From: an archaeon
Lineage (GTDB): Archaea; Thermoplasmatota; Thermoplasmata; JAJSAE01
Assembly (NCBI GenBank): GCA_024281315.1
Contig: JAJSAE010000060.1
Coordinates: 1-60,643 of the forward strand
DNA length: 60,643 nucleotides
Reading direction: 5' to 3'
The notes below the pieces were generated by a model. The model ran no database searches. It was not told the origin of the DNA and saw only the letters and a list, made by a program, of their open reading frames with translations. Positions 45,681-54,626 of the stretch are shown here, piece after piece; position 1 is the first letter of the stretch; each line of letters opens with the position of its first letter. The translations under genes were made by a program, and so were the position numbers.

Positions 45681-48287
45681 TTATAGTATAACACCGATTT
45701 CCTTACTGAGGGCCTCTCTAACTCTTTCGACATCTAATCCATTTCGAAACGAGTAGATTTCTGAAGACTTGCTAGTGGAGTAGGTAATATCAAAATGCTC
45801 ATCTTTGATAAGATATCCATTCTTTTTCAAATAGTTTTCTAGGTCTACATCTTTCTTACTAATGTTATTTATTGAGATAATAAACTGATTTAAAGCACTA
45901 GTTACTTTTCGACGAAGAAAGATTGCCTCGAATTTCTCCGTGGAACTAAAAACCTCCTTCCATACTTGAAAGAGATTTCTTGTGTTTACACCATTTCCAA
46001 TCAAGACAGGATATTTTAGACAAAGGCTTTTCAATTGTTCATCTTCAAAGATATTTCTGATTTTTTCCATGTCGTATTCAGAGATTTCATTTTTGGGGAT
46101 GAACTCATAACAAAGAAAGATATCAATTTTCTTAATTTTTTCTTCGATAACATCAACTGAATTGTTGACTTCCTTGTAGTGTAGGTCCATGATTTCTCTT
46201 TTGATGTAATCATAGATGTCTTTAGCAGGTTTTTTCACTTCTTCTGCTAAGTTATAGTAATATTCATCAAATCTTTTTTCGTTCAATATGCTTTCAAGTT
46301 CGTATGAATTAAACTGATTTGTAATTTTATATCGAGAGCTTCCTCCGTATATCATTTCAGATTCGTATCTATCACTTCGTTTTATATGAACTAAATAGAG
46401 TTTTGATTTCTCTGATTTATCCATATTTGCCTCTCTATTAATTCTCCCTGCTATCTGTTCTATGCTATCGATTATGGTAAAATCCCTTATTCCTATATCG
46501 CAATCAATGTCTACTCCAGCTTCGATTGATTGTGTGGAGATAATTATTTCTTTTTTCTTACTACTCCTTATTTCTTCTATGATTTTTCTTCGTCTTGGGC
46601 TGGAAAGAGTGCTATTAAGTAGGTATATTTCAAAGTCTTTAAATTCATCGGTTCTTGAAATTTGCTCGAACATTAGCCTAGAGGTGGCGACAGTGTTCAA
46701 GGTGATGAGAACCTTCAAGTCTCTATCAAAAGATTCTTTGAGCTCCCTATGGATCAATTCTTTAATCCCTTCCAGTGTTTCTATTTCTTTCTTAATGACT
46801 ATTTGATTTCGTTTGAAAATCGGGTGATTGAGGTAGTTTTGTGGATTCTTTATGAGCGAAGGGACATCCATATTATCCAAGAAATAGTTCATATTGGGTA
46901 GGGTTGCACTCATCAGGATGAAATATATGTTTAGAGCTTTGCTCGCCTCTTGGATAAAGTCGTAGAACAGTCTGATGTTTTTATCACTTAAGGTCTGAAC
47001 TTCATCTATTATAACTGTGCTATTGGCAAGATTGGCAAGTTTGTATCTATTGTTACCTCCGGTCTTTATGAAAGAGTTAAAGAAATTCACGGTTGTTATT
47101 ATGTTCACTCTGTTATTCAAAAAATTGTCATCCATTATGAGCATTTGATGCAATGACCGGCCATTCTCTTCCTCATCGTTTGAAGCTTTATCCCAATAGG
47201 ATTTAGAGTATATGTCCGAAATAAGTCCTATTGTATTTCCAAACAACTCTGAGTTGAAGAGGGTCTTCTCTATAACTTGGTAGTTCTGCTCTACAATGTT
47301 GATATATGGAAAAACATAGAATATTCTTTTTAGCCCATTCTTTTTTTGAAGGATCTTCAAAGCTAGTTTCATAGATATGTTCGTTTTACCTCCACCCGTG
47401 GGGACGGGGAGCATGAATATTCTGTGTTCTGTTTTTTCAAGAAGATATTCGATTCTTTCATCCGCCTCTATAAGCATCTCTCTCCGGATATCGTTGATAG
47501 TTTTAACAGCCCCCTTTCTGAGTTTTTGGTTATATGAAACCATTTCGAACGATTTCTGCATTTTCTTTACAGTTTCCTCGTCAAGCACATTTATAGAATA
47601 TCTTTGAGAGAGGCCTTGTTCAAATTCAAATGTCGAATAAGCGTCACTAAGAACAAGGAGAGAATAAATAAGTTTCAGAAGAAGAAACAGCCTAGTCCAG
47701 TCGTCATCTCCTAGTTTTTCAAATACATCCGTTTCTATCTTGACCTCTTTGAACTCACATGAAATGTCGTTGCAAATCTTTTTGATTATATTTCTCTGTT
47801 TTTTCGCCTCGTCATACTGTTTTGTCGTATAATTCTTAAGTCTAGTATGATGGCGGTTAACAGTTTCTGTAATCAAATATATGATGTCGCATCTGTGGGG
47901 AAACTCCCGTGAAAGCAGAATCTCGAGAATTCTTTTGGAGTAATAGCTGTGAGTGCTGTCACCTAAAGGATGTTCTCCAGTTATTTTCTTCTGAAAATTC
48001 CCATTTATTTTTCCGATATCGTGATAGTATATGCTTAGCAGGAGAATCTTTTTGAAATCGGAGAGGGCCTCTTCCCCAAACAAGTATGACACACTACTAT
48101 CTATAATATCTTCCAAAGAGTTTCTTTCCACAAGATACAGAAAGTAATCCAAGGCAAGCCTAGAGTGATCTTCCAGATATTCCCTTTTCCCATCTATTTT
48201 CCTTACATGTCCAGAGTAGAAGCTATGTGGGGGAATAAGGCTCAAGTCGAGATCATTAATCAACTTAGAGAATGTTCTAGAAGACAT
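45681..48287 (-). CDS. cas3: CRISPR-associated Cas3 (HD nuclease fused to SF2 helicase)
   Basis: HD domain (YYHDIGK, NRHH). Helicase motif I VPTGGGKT, motif II IIDEVQ, then SAT. Start at 48287 (MSSRTFSKL) preferred; the ORF track's 48398 start would overlap cas5 by 122 nt. AT-rich. Confidence 0.88.
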   Translation of the reverse strand: MSSRTFSKLINDLDLSLIPPHSFYSGHVRKIDGKREYLEDHSRLALDYFLYLVERNSLEDIIDSSVSYLFGEEALSDFKKILLLSIYYHDIGKINGNFQKKITGEHPLGDSTHSYYSKRILEILLSREFPHRCDIIYLITETVNRHHTRLKNYTTKQYDEAKKQRNIIKKICNDISCEFKEVKIETDVFEKLGDDDWTRLFLLLKLIYSLLVLSDAYSTFEFEQGLSQRYSINVLDEETVKKMQKSFEMVSYNQKLRKGAVKTINDIRREMLIEADERIEYLLEKTEHRIFMLPVPTGGGKTNISMKLALKILQKKNGLKRIFYVFPYINIVEQNYQVIEKTLFNSELFGNTIGLISDIYSKSYWDKASNDEEENGRSLHQMLIMDDNFLNNRVNIITTVNFFNSFIKTGGNNRYKLANLANSTVIIDEVQTLSDKNIRLFYDFIQEASKALNIYFILMSATLPNMNYFLDNMDVPSLIKNPQNYLNHPIFKRNQIVIKKEIETLEGIKELIHRELKESFDRDLKVLITLNTVATSRLMFEQISRTDEFKDFEIYLLNSTLSSPRRRKIIEEIRSSKKKEIIISTQSIEAGVDIDCDIGIRDFTIIDSIEQIAGRINREANMDKSEKSKLYLVHIKRSDRYESEMIYGGSSRYKITNQFNSYELESILNEKRFDEYYYNLAEEVKKPAKDIYDYIKREIMDLHYKEVNNSVDVIEEKIKKIDIFLCYEFIPKNEISEYDMEKIRNIFEDEQLKSLCLKYPVLIGNGVNTRNLFQVWKEVFSSTEKFEAIFLRRKVTSALNQFIISINNISKKDVDLENYLKKNGYLIKDEHFDITYSTSKSSEIYSFRNGLDVERVREALSKEIGVIL

Positions 48288-49044
48288 AGTATTTAATGCC
48301 GTCAATATCAATGAACTTGTTCGGTTCTTTGACAACAACTTTCGACCCTTGAGGATTAGGTATAGCCATAATCTTGTAGATGAACTTGTATCTCTCATCG
48401 AATCTTATGGGTAGCTGTTCGAGCCTCATTCCATCTCTGGTCTTTTCTTTGTCCAGATACTCGAAGGGGAATATGCTTCTGATAATGACCTCCTCGTCTT
48501 TGTTCGGTTTGGCAGGAGACACGCCTAGAGAATCTATGCTAGCGGGGAACTCATTTTTTCCAAGATATATTGGAAAAATAGATCTATTTTCTCTCACCAT
48601 CTCAACTAATCTTTCATGAAGTTCATTTTTTTCATGCAGAATGATTCCTATCTCATAGTCTGGGCCTACCAAAATCTGTTCTTTTACAATCACATTTGTT
48701 CCTGAGAAATCTTTTCTATTATTAAGAAAACTGTTTAGGCTGTTGTAGTTTAGTATGAAACGAGGATACGATCCCAAATTCGGAGATATATAGACGAGAG
48801 TGTCGAAAAGTTCTCTGTAGAACTCAGGTTCAGTCCTGTTGTTCTTATATCCTGATAAACCAAGGATGGAGCCAATAAGACCAAGGAGCTGGGTCTTGGG
48901 AATTATCGTATATGTGTTCCTGAAATTGTTGCTTATAGGCTGGTTGAAATGAGCGAAATTCCCATACAGTCTAAACCTGAGCACATCTACAGAGTTATTT
49001 CTTGTCATTGCTTCACCTATAGTTTCATATCCCGATGTTCTCAA
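48277..49044 (-). CDS. cas5: CRISPR-associated Cas5 (type I-B)
   Basis: FRLYGNFAHFNQP...TYTIIPKTQLLGLIGSILG is the typical Cas5 N-terminus. An alternative start at 49008 (MTRNNS) avoids overlap with cas7. Confidence 0.85.
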   Translation of the reverse strand: MRTSGYETIGEAMTRNNSVDVLRFRLYGNFAHFNQPISNNFRNTYTIIPKTQLLGLIGSILGLSGYKNNRTEPEFYRELFDTLVYISPNLGSYPRFILNYNSLNSFLNNRKDFSGTNVIVKEQILVGPDYEIGIILHEKNELHERLVEMVRENRSIFPIYLGKNEFPASIDSLGVSPAKPNKDEEVIIRSIFPFEYLDKEKTRDGMRLEQLPIRFDERYKFIYKIMAIPNPQGSKVVVKEPNKFIDIDGIKYYVF

Positions 49045-49870
49045 CTTTGTTCTCGTAGTTCTCTTCTACTTTGACTCCATTTCTAATCGTTTCCATGACT
49101 TTGGAGTAGTCTACCACGGTCTTTCCATTTTCATTTTTTACTTCTACCAGATAGTTCAGATTGTTGAATACGAGGTTTTTCTCATTCTTGAACCAGACAA
49201 AACTTGCAGTTTCCACTCCAAACATCGATGTGGAATTGACCTCATTCACAGCGTATTTTAGAGCATCTTTCAGTTTTTCTATATCTCCCTCTGTTATCTC
49301 TATACCTTGTTTGTTGGCAGCATTGAGATCCAGAACTACATCATAGACATAATAGACATCGTCTGCTCTTGCCTGCTCTCCTATCGTTGTCTGTTGAGAT
49401 TCTTTGCTTTTTTCATTTGGATTCCTATATGGCGAGAGTATGCTCGACGAATATATATTTGATTTATCATATCTATTAACGCCATAGCTTATCTGACAGG
49501 GGCCGGTTATAGATATGTTGCTATCGACTGCGAATACTACTCCAAAGAGCCTAACATCTATGAAACTTAAGAGGTCTTTCAGTATTGTTTCTTCATCAGG
49601 CAGTTCTTCTCTACCCGTCTTTTTCAGATAGTTCTCTTTAAGGGTAAGATACCTCTGTTTCTTTTCTCCCTCATCTCCATAGAAATCCTGTTCCCGCCTC
49701 ACGAACACTTTGTCTTTACCATCATTTGCAAAGTATTCTCTTATGCAGTACTTCAGAGCTTTGTCAGTGGCATATATGGTTCCATCGGGCAGTCTTCTCG
49801 GCAAGCCATCAAATCCCGCATTGAAATTGGCGTTCTTTGCGTTCACCACAACTATTCCATTATATCTCAT
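49025..49870 (-). CDS. cas7: CRISPR-associated Cas7 (type I-B, Csh2-like)
   Basis: 281 aa. NAKNANFNAGFDGLPRR...TDKALKYCIREY...DVRLFG pattern. Confidence 0.85.
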   Translation of the reverse strand: MRYNGIVVVNAKNANFNAGFDGLPRRLPDGTIYATDKALKYCIREYFANDGKDKVFVRREQDFYGDEGEKKQRYLTLKENYLKKTGREELPDEETILKDLLSFIDVRLFGVVFAVDSNISITGPCQISYGVNRYDKSNIYSSSILSPYRNPNEKSKESQQTTIGEQARADDVYYVYDVVLDLNAANKQGIEITEGDIEKLKDALKYAVNEVNSTSMFGVETASFVWFKNEKNLVFNNLNYLVEVKNENGKTVVDYSKVMETIRNGVKVEENYENKVENIGI

Positions 49871-50265
49871 TCTTCATCACCTCCATTTTCTTCTTCTTTA
49901 TTATTTCCATATAAATGGTTTCTGTCAAAATAACCAGTATATATGGCTATCTTGTTGTCTTTATAAGGGTTTTTGAAATCAAAGGCTAAAGCCTCTTTCA
50001 TCATGTTATGGAATCTTCGGTTGTTGTCCAGATATTCATTGTGTGAATATTTCTCAAGAACATCCACAAGTCTCTGTTTCAAAGTCTCCATGTCATTCAC
50101 ATTTAATGTGTACTTTGTGAACAACTTCAGTCTGTTTTCTGCAACACTTTCACTCAGAAGATAGTAGAACAGTTGACCTATAAAATAGCTAGCTTCGAAT
50201 TCGTTCTCTATCTTCATATTTTCCAAGTTCTCTAGTTTTTCTTCCATTTCTTCATACATATTCAC
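49867..50265 (-). CDS. Small alpha-helical protein in the cas8b-cas7 gap; Cas11-like small-subunit candidate
   Basis: 132 aa. GTG start shares 1 nt with the cas8b stop (TAGTG) and follows GGAGGTGAT. Overlaps the cas7 start by 4 nt. The assignment rests on position and size only. Confidence 0.45.
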   Translation of the reverse strand: MNMYEEMEEKLENLENMKIENEFEASYFIGQLFYYLLSESVAENRLKLFTKYTLNVNDMETLKQRLVDVLEKYSHNEYLDNNRRFHNMMKEALAFDFKNPYKDNKIAIYTGYFDRNHLYGNNKEEENGGDEE

Positions 50266-51716
50266 TATATCACCTCCTTCTTTTCCAAGGAAATATACTT
50301 GTAGTAAACAAGCAATATTTTTCTTATTTTTTTGGCCCCTATTTTCATCTCGTCTCTGAAGTTCTCATTTTCTATAAGTTCCGAGAGAAGCTCCCTGAAC
50401 ATTCTTGTATGAATTCTGTCTTTAAAAAGAGATGCATTATTGAAAAACAAGAAATTTCGAATAGGTTCATTATACTCTATTATTTTAAGTTTTAAGAAGG
50501 GATGAAGAGATTTAATGAGATTCTTAGGGTTTGTTTCAAAGAGTGATTTCGATAATGTGTTATTGAAAACCACATCATAATCCAGCAAAAGGCTCAGTTT
50601 ATTCCATTCGTTTCCCAGTGGATCCGAGCCTGTTTCAATAACTGTATCATACAACGGAACATCTCTTATGTTTCTCTTCAGGTCATCATCCAGATTGAAT
50701 TTGAAATCGCTTACATATCTGAATTCTATATTTTTTATTTTTGGATCTGTCGTAAGCAGAATATAATCAAACGGTTTGGAGTGATTTTTATCGTATATCT
50801 TTTTAAGCATTGAAAGAATTCCTTTCGCCTGCTGAGAATAGTCTTTGTAATCGTCTGTATGCACCGTAATTGTTGTAGGAAAAGCAAAGCGATACAGTTT
50901 ATATTTTTTTAGGTACTCAAAGAAATAGTATGTTTTAAGAGCGCATTCTTCACACACTGGATAGTCATTCGTCGATTTGCTTCTTATATTTGTCATAAAT
51001 CTTGTCGGTTTTCTCAGTAAAAATTTTCTATCTTTCCCCAAATCAAATGTGTTTCCTTGGGTAAGCATATACAAAGGACCTTCTTTTCCGCATGCACTGC
51101 ATATGCCAGAGTCAGTTACCCTGTACTTCAAAACCCTTCTCGCTAGGTAGACTTTAAACATCGGGTGGAATTTTTCAATATCTGTTTCTGGAGGAAGAAA
51201 AACAAGATAGTCGCCTTTTTTTATTTCTGTGTTTGCCCATAGGGGGAACACACCTTCATGTCCATTCTCCCATAGTTCCAGAACAGCGTCACAAGATTTT
51301 CCCATTTTATAGTAATAGTCTGTTGTTTCCAAGTCTTTCCGAAAATCAGCAATTTTCCGTTTGATTCCATCATTATCAGCGTTTATTAATTTTTCAGTTA
51401 GCTTGAAATGAAAGGAAGAATGCGACATCAGGCCTTTGTTCTTTCCTATATTGTTTGCATTGTTATGCGTTGGATTTACAAAACTATTCGCTTTCAGAAA
51501 TCTTAATAGATCTTCTCTATTTGAGTATTTGCTCAGAATATCGTTTGAGCTCGAAGTTTCATCCACATTCCCTATGTCTGTTTCTATTGATTCTTTACCA
51601 TCAAGCGGTATAATTATTACTTTACTTTTCTGGGAAGCATTTTCACTCCCTTCAAGAAGAGAGATGTATTCATCAACACTGAACAGATTAACTATGAAAT
51701 TATACAAAAACCCCAC
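50265..51716 (-). CDS. cas8b: CRISPR-associated large subunit Cas8b-like (TM1802-like, Zn-finger containing)
   Basis: 483 aa in the position upstream of cas7. CSACG...CEEC zinc motif. AT-rich. A TATA-like TTTAAATATA lies about 55 nt upstream. Confidence 0.65.
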   Translation of the reverse strand: MGFLYNFIVNLFSVDEYISLLEGSENASQKSKVIIIPLDGKESIETDIGNVDETSSSNDILSKYSNREDLLRFLKANSFVNPTHNNANNIGKNKGLMSHSSFHFKLTEKLINADNDGIKRKIADFRKDLETTDYYYKMGKSCDAVLELWENGHEGVFPLWANTEIKKGDYLVFLPPETDIEKFHPMFKVYLARRVLKYRVTDSGICSACGKEGPLYMLTQGNTFDLGKDRKFLLRKPTRFMTNIRSKSTNDYPVCEECALKTYYFFEYLKKYKLYRFAFPTTITVHTDDYKDYSQQAKGILSMLKKIYDKNHSKPFDYILLTTDPKIKNIEFRYVSDFKFNLDDDLKRNIRDVPLYDTVIETGSDPLGNEWNKLSLLLDYDVVFNNTLSKSLFETNPKNLIKSLHPFLKLKIIEYNEPIRNFLFFNNASLFKDRIHTRMFRELLSELIENENFRDEMKIGAKKIRKILLVYYKYISLEKKEVI

Positions 51717-51790
51717 CTCGGAAACTGTTTTGGCTTATACTTTAACTCCATGTGGTCCCTTATTACATTCCTATATTTAAAGATAACTAC

Positions 51791-52060
51791 TTATTCCACC
51801 CCAATCGCCCCCATCCCCTGCGAATTCCTGCTCCCTATACCTGTATCCCAGATAAACCGGAGAACTTCTGGGTCCCCCTCCGCGTCAAACACGGCCATAG
51901 ACCCTCTCCACCAGTTTCCGGTGATGTTTATCCGCTTGGAGCGAAAGGATAGTATGCTGCCTATTCTGAAATCGATATCCGCATCCTTCCCCTGTACATG
52001 GAGTACTTCTTCCTCGTGTTCTCGGCCTTTACAACAACGCCCCATACAAGACTTTCAAAG
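51791..52060 (-). pseudogene. cas6: cas6 pseudogene (C-terminal ~90 codons only, with a 1-nt frameshift near 51988-51994)
   Basis: Two minus frames together read ...ENTRKKYSMYRG / KDADIDFRIGSILSFRSKRINITGNWWRGSMAVFDAEGDPEVLRFIWDTGIGSRNSQGMG. This parallels intact Cas6 (53878-54588): ENTQKKYSMYRGKETKIDFKIGEIFSFRSKRVNIAGNWWRGSMAVFDAEGDPEVLRFLWDTGIGSRNSQGMG. Confidence 0.8.
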
Positions 52061-52395
52061 ACAGAATCGCCCTTGTATATGAGATAACAGAGGAATCCAT
52101 TGATGAAATTACGGAGACCACTGAAGGAGACAAAAAAATTGTTAAAGTTGTTCATAAGACTGTAAAGAAAATTGAAGAGGGTGCAGATAAATGGAAGTTA
52201 AAGAAGATCCTTTATGAATACTCATTTACGATGCCCGCATACTACCTTGAAAAGTACAGATGGTCCATTATCAGCCACGAATTCAAGGGCTTTTATGTGG
52301 CCAAATTTAAAGAGCAAGATTCAGAGAGGGTAGAGAAATATGGTTTCGATGAAATCAGGCATGAAATAGACGAACAAATGATTAATATTATCTAG
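51970..52395 (+). other. Start-less open frame (141 codons, no ATG/GTG/TTG until codon 88); probable 5'-truncated gene remnant, AT-rich
   Basis: Translated by hand. ...EITEESIDEITETTEGDKKIVKVVHKTVKKIEEGADKWKLKKILYEYSFTMPAYYLEKYRWSIISHEFKGFYVAKFKEQDSERVEKYGFDEIRHEIDEQMINII-stop. No family recognised. Confidence 0.3.
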
Positions 52396-52492
52396 ACTTG
52401 ATTTGGCTTTCTTATCTGCATTTTGCCCTGACCATCTATCTCCCCCACACAATCACAATAATCTTAAATAGTATGATACCTTTTAGTATTAT

Positions 52493-53881
52493 ATGAAATT
52501 CTACGACCGCACAGCCGAGATGGAGGAACTGGAACGCATCCATGACCTTTCCGCCGGTACCATGCACATGACCGTCATTGTCGGCCGAAGGCGCGTCGGG
52601 AAGACAAGGCTGGTTGAGGAATTCGTAGGAAAGAGGCCGCACATATACTTCTTTGTCTCCCGAAAGAGCTCGCCCATGCTCCTTGAGGATTTTTCGGAGG
52701 CCATTCGGGAATTTTTTGGAACCTCTCCTCACTTTACCAGATGGGATGACCTTTTCGAGTACATATTCGTGCATTCTGGAGGGCAGATGGTGCTGGCTAT
52801 CGATGAGTTCCAGAACTTTCGCTACTCCGCTCCTGAAGTCTTTTCCATCCTGCAAAAGGCCTATGACAGGCATAAAGAGAGGGGGGGTGTGCACATAATC
52901 GCCCTTGGCTCCTACATATCCATGATGACGAAGATATTTCAGGACTCCAAAGAGCCTCTCTTCGGCAGGGCCACTGAGATTATGCATCTTCGGGAATTAA
53001 CTGCCCGAACGGTCTTTTCAATCACTTCCGATATGGGCTTTTCTCCGGAGGAGGGCATGGAACTCTATTCCGTATTCGGCGGTCTTCCGAAGTACTATGT
53101 CATGCTGGATGAACAGGGACTGAAGGGGGCGAAGGTGCCTGAGATACTGAAAAAATCGTTCTTCAGCGATTTTCCGCTTCTGAGGGACGAGGTAAAGAGC
53201 ATGCTGGTTGAGGACTTCGGGGCGAACTACAGCGTACCCTTCTCCATTCTTGAGGCCATCGCTCACGGATACGGGAGGTTCACGGAAATCTCCGATAAGA
53301 CGGGGATTAAAAGGGAAAGCCTCTCCAAGTACATTCAGACACTCAGGGATGATTTCGGCCTCATAACTGCAATAAGTCCAGTAACAAAGGACAGAAGGAG
53401 TAAGAGCACCAGATACCGCATATCTGACAACCTCATCGATTTCTGGTTCAGGTTCGTATTCAGTCAGAGTTCGCTCATTGAGACAGGAAACTTCGATGCC
53501 GCACTAGCTAGAGCCCTTGCAAGCCTTCCCGCATTCGTATCAGCAAGGTTTGAGGATGTTGTAAGGGATAGTGTGAGGAAGAAACTGGGCTATGAGATAA
53601 CCGGCTCATGGTGGTCCCGCACAGGCGAGGAGATCGATGTACTGGCTCTGAGTCGGGGAAAAAGAGAGGCCCTGTTCGGAGAAGTCAAGTGGAGAAACAG
53701 AAAAATAGCGTGCAAAGCTCTTGAGGACCTGAAAAGAAAGGCCGAACTCACTGGTCTGGGTGGATCTAAAAAGAGGTATCTCATGGTTTCCAAATCTGGC
53801 TTTACTGAGAAATGCATTGAACAGATGGACGATGAAGGGGTAATCCACTGGGGCCTGAACGATGTTCTCTCATTACTCTAG
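52493..53881 (+). CDS. AAA ATPase + DUF234-type PD-(D/E)xK-like domain (paralogue of 44316-45674)
   Basis: 462 aa. MKFYDRT..., GRRRVGKT, LAIDEFQ, GEEIDVLAL...ALFGEVKW. Its 3' end overlaps the cas6 3' end by 4 nt (convergent). Confidence 0.8.
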   Translation: MKFYDRTAEMEELERIHDLSAGTMHMTVIVGRRRVGKTRLVEEFVGKRPHIYFFVSRKSSPMLLEDFSEAIREFFGTSPHFTRWDDLFEYIFVHSGGQMVLAIDEFQNFRYSAPEVFSILQKAYDRHKERGGVHIIALGSYISMMTKIFQDSKEPLFGRATEIMHLRELTARTVFSITSDMGFSPEEGMELYSVFGGLPKYYVMLDEQGLKGAKVPEILKKSFFSDFPLLRDEVKSMLVEDFGANYSVPFSILEAIAHGYGRFTEISDKTGIKRESLSKYIQTLRDDFGLITAISPVTKDRRSKSTRYRISDNLIDFWFRFVFSQSSLIETGNFDAALARALASLPAFVSARFEDVVRDSVRKKLGYEITGSWWSRTGEEIDVLALSRGKREALFGEVKWRNRKIACKALEDLKRKAELTGLGGSKKRYLMVSKSGFTEKCIEQMDDEGVIHWGLNDVLSLL

Positions 53882-54588
53882 CTTCTTTCCACTTCGAGGC
53901 ACCCCATCCCCTGAGAGTTCCTGCTCCCGATTCCCGTGTCCCACAGAAACCTGAGAACCTCCGGGTCTCCCTCGGCGTCGAACACCGCCATGGAGCCCCT
54001 CCACCAGTTACCCGCAATATTTACACGCTTGGATCGAAAAGAGAATATCTCCCCTATTTTAAAATCAATCTTCGTTTCCTTCCCTCTGTACATGGAGTAT
54101 TTCTTTTGTGTGTTCTCCACAAGCCTCTCTTTCCATTTTTCATCCGTGGCCATAAGATCTCGGCGGGGTGAGTTTCCGTCATCGATGTATATGGGTGAAA
54201 GGCTCCTGAACCTCACCTTTCCTTTGAATACCGGAGTTTCCGCTATTTCTATTCTTTCGATCTCAAAAGATTGCCCAAGCAGGCCGAGTTCTCCTGTTGT
54301 CAGCATACCGGATATGGTGGATTCGAGAATTCTTGAATCAACGGAGGAGAAATAGAAGGACGCTCTGCTTCCGGGTAGAAGCTCTATTCTGTCCCCTTTT
54401 ATCGCCGCTTTCGGAACGCGCAGGTAGGAGAAGTTGAAGAACTTGAAACTCCCGGAGTGGTGCAGTTCCGATGACAGGTCCGGATTCGCTTCCTCTATAA
54501 AATGATACAGGGCCGACGAAAGAGCGTGCTGGTAGTTGATGGAAAACTCGCTGCGGTTGCTGGCCCTCATATATACCCTGCTCTTCAT
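53878..54588 (-). CDS. cas6: CRISPR-associated endoribonuclease Cas6
   Basis: 236 aa. The C-terminal Gly-rich motif GIGSRNSQGMG is typical of Cas6. Confidence 0.85.
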   Translation of the reverse strand: MKSRVYMRASNRSEFSINYQHALSSALYHFIEEANPDLSSELHHSGSFKFFNFSYLRVPKAAIKGDRIELLPGSRASFYFSSVDSRILESTISGMLTTGELGLLGQSFEIERIEIAETPVFKGKVRFRSLSPIYIDDGNSPRRDLMATDEKWKERLVENTQKKYSMYRGKETKIDFKIGEIFSFRSKRVNIAGNWWRGSMAVFDAEGDPEVLRFLWDTGIGSRNSQGMGCLEVERS

Positions 54589-54626
54589 GGTTCCGTAATG
54601 GCGGGGAGATTATAAAGGGTTTGTTC

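Noticed and set aside
51750-52155. ORFs 51750-52082 (+), 51752-51952 (+) and 51961-52155 (-) as separate genes
   Set aside because: The plus-strand ORFs are shadows of the cas6 pseudogene. The 51961-52155 minus ORF is the upstream, frameshifted piece of the same pseudogene joined to unrelated sequence.
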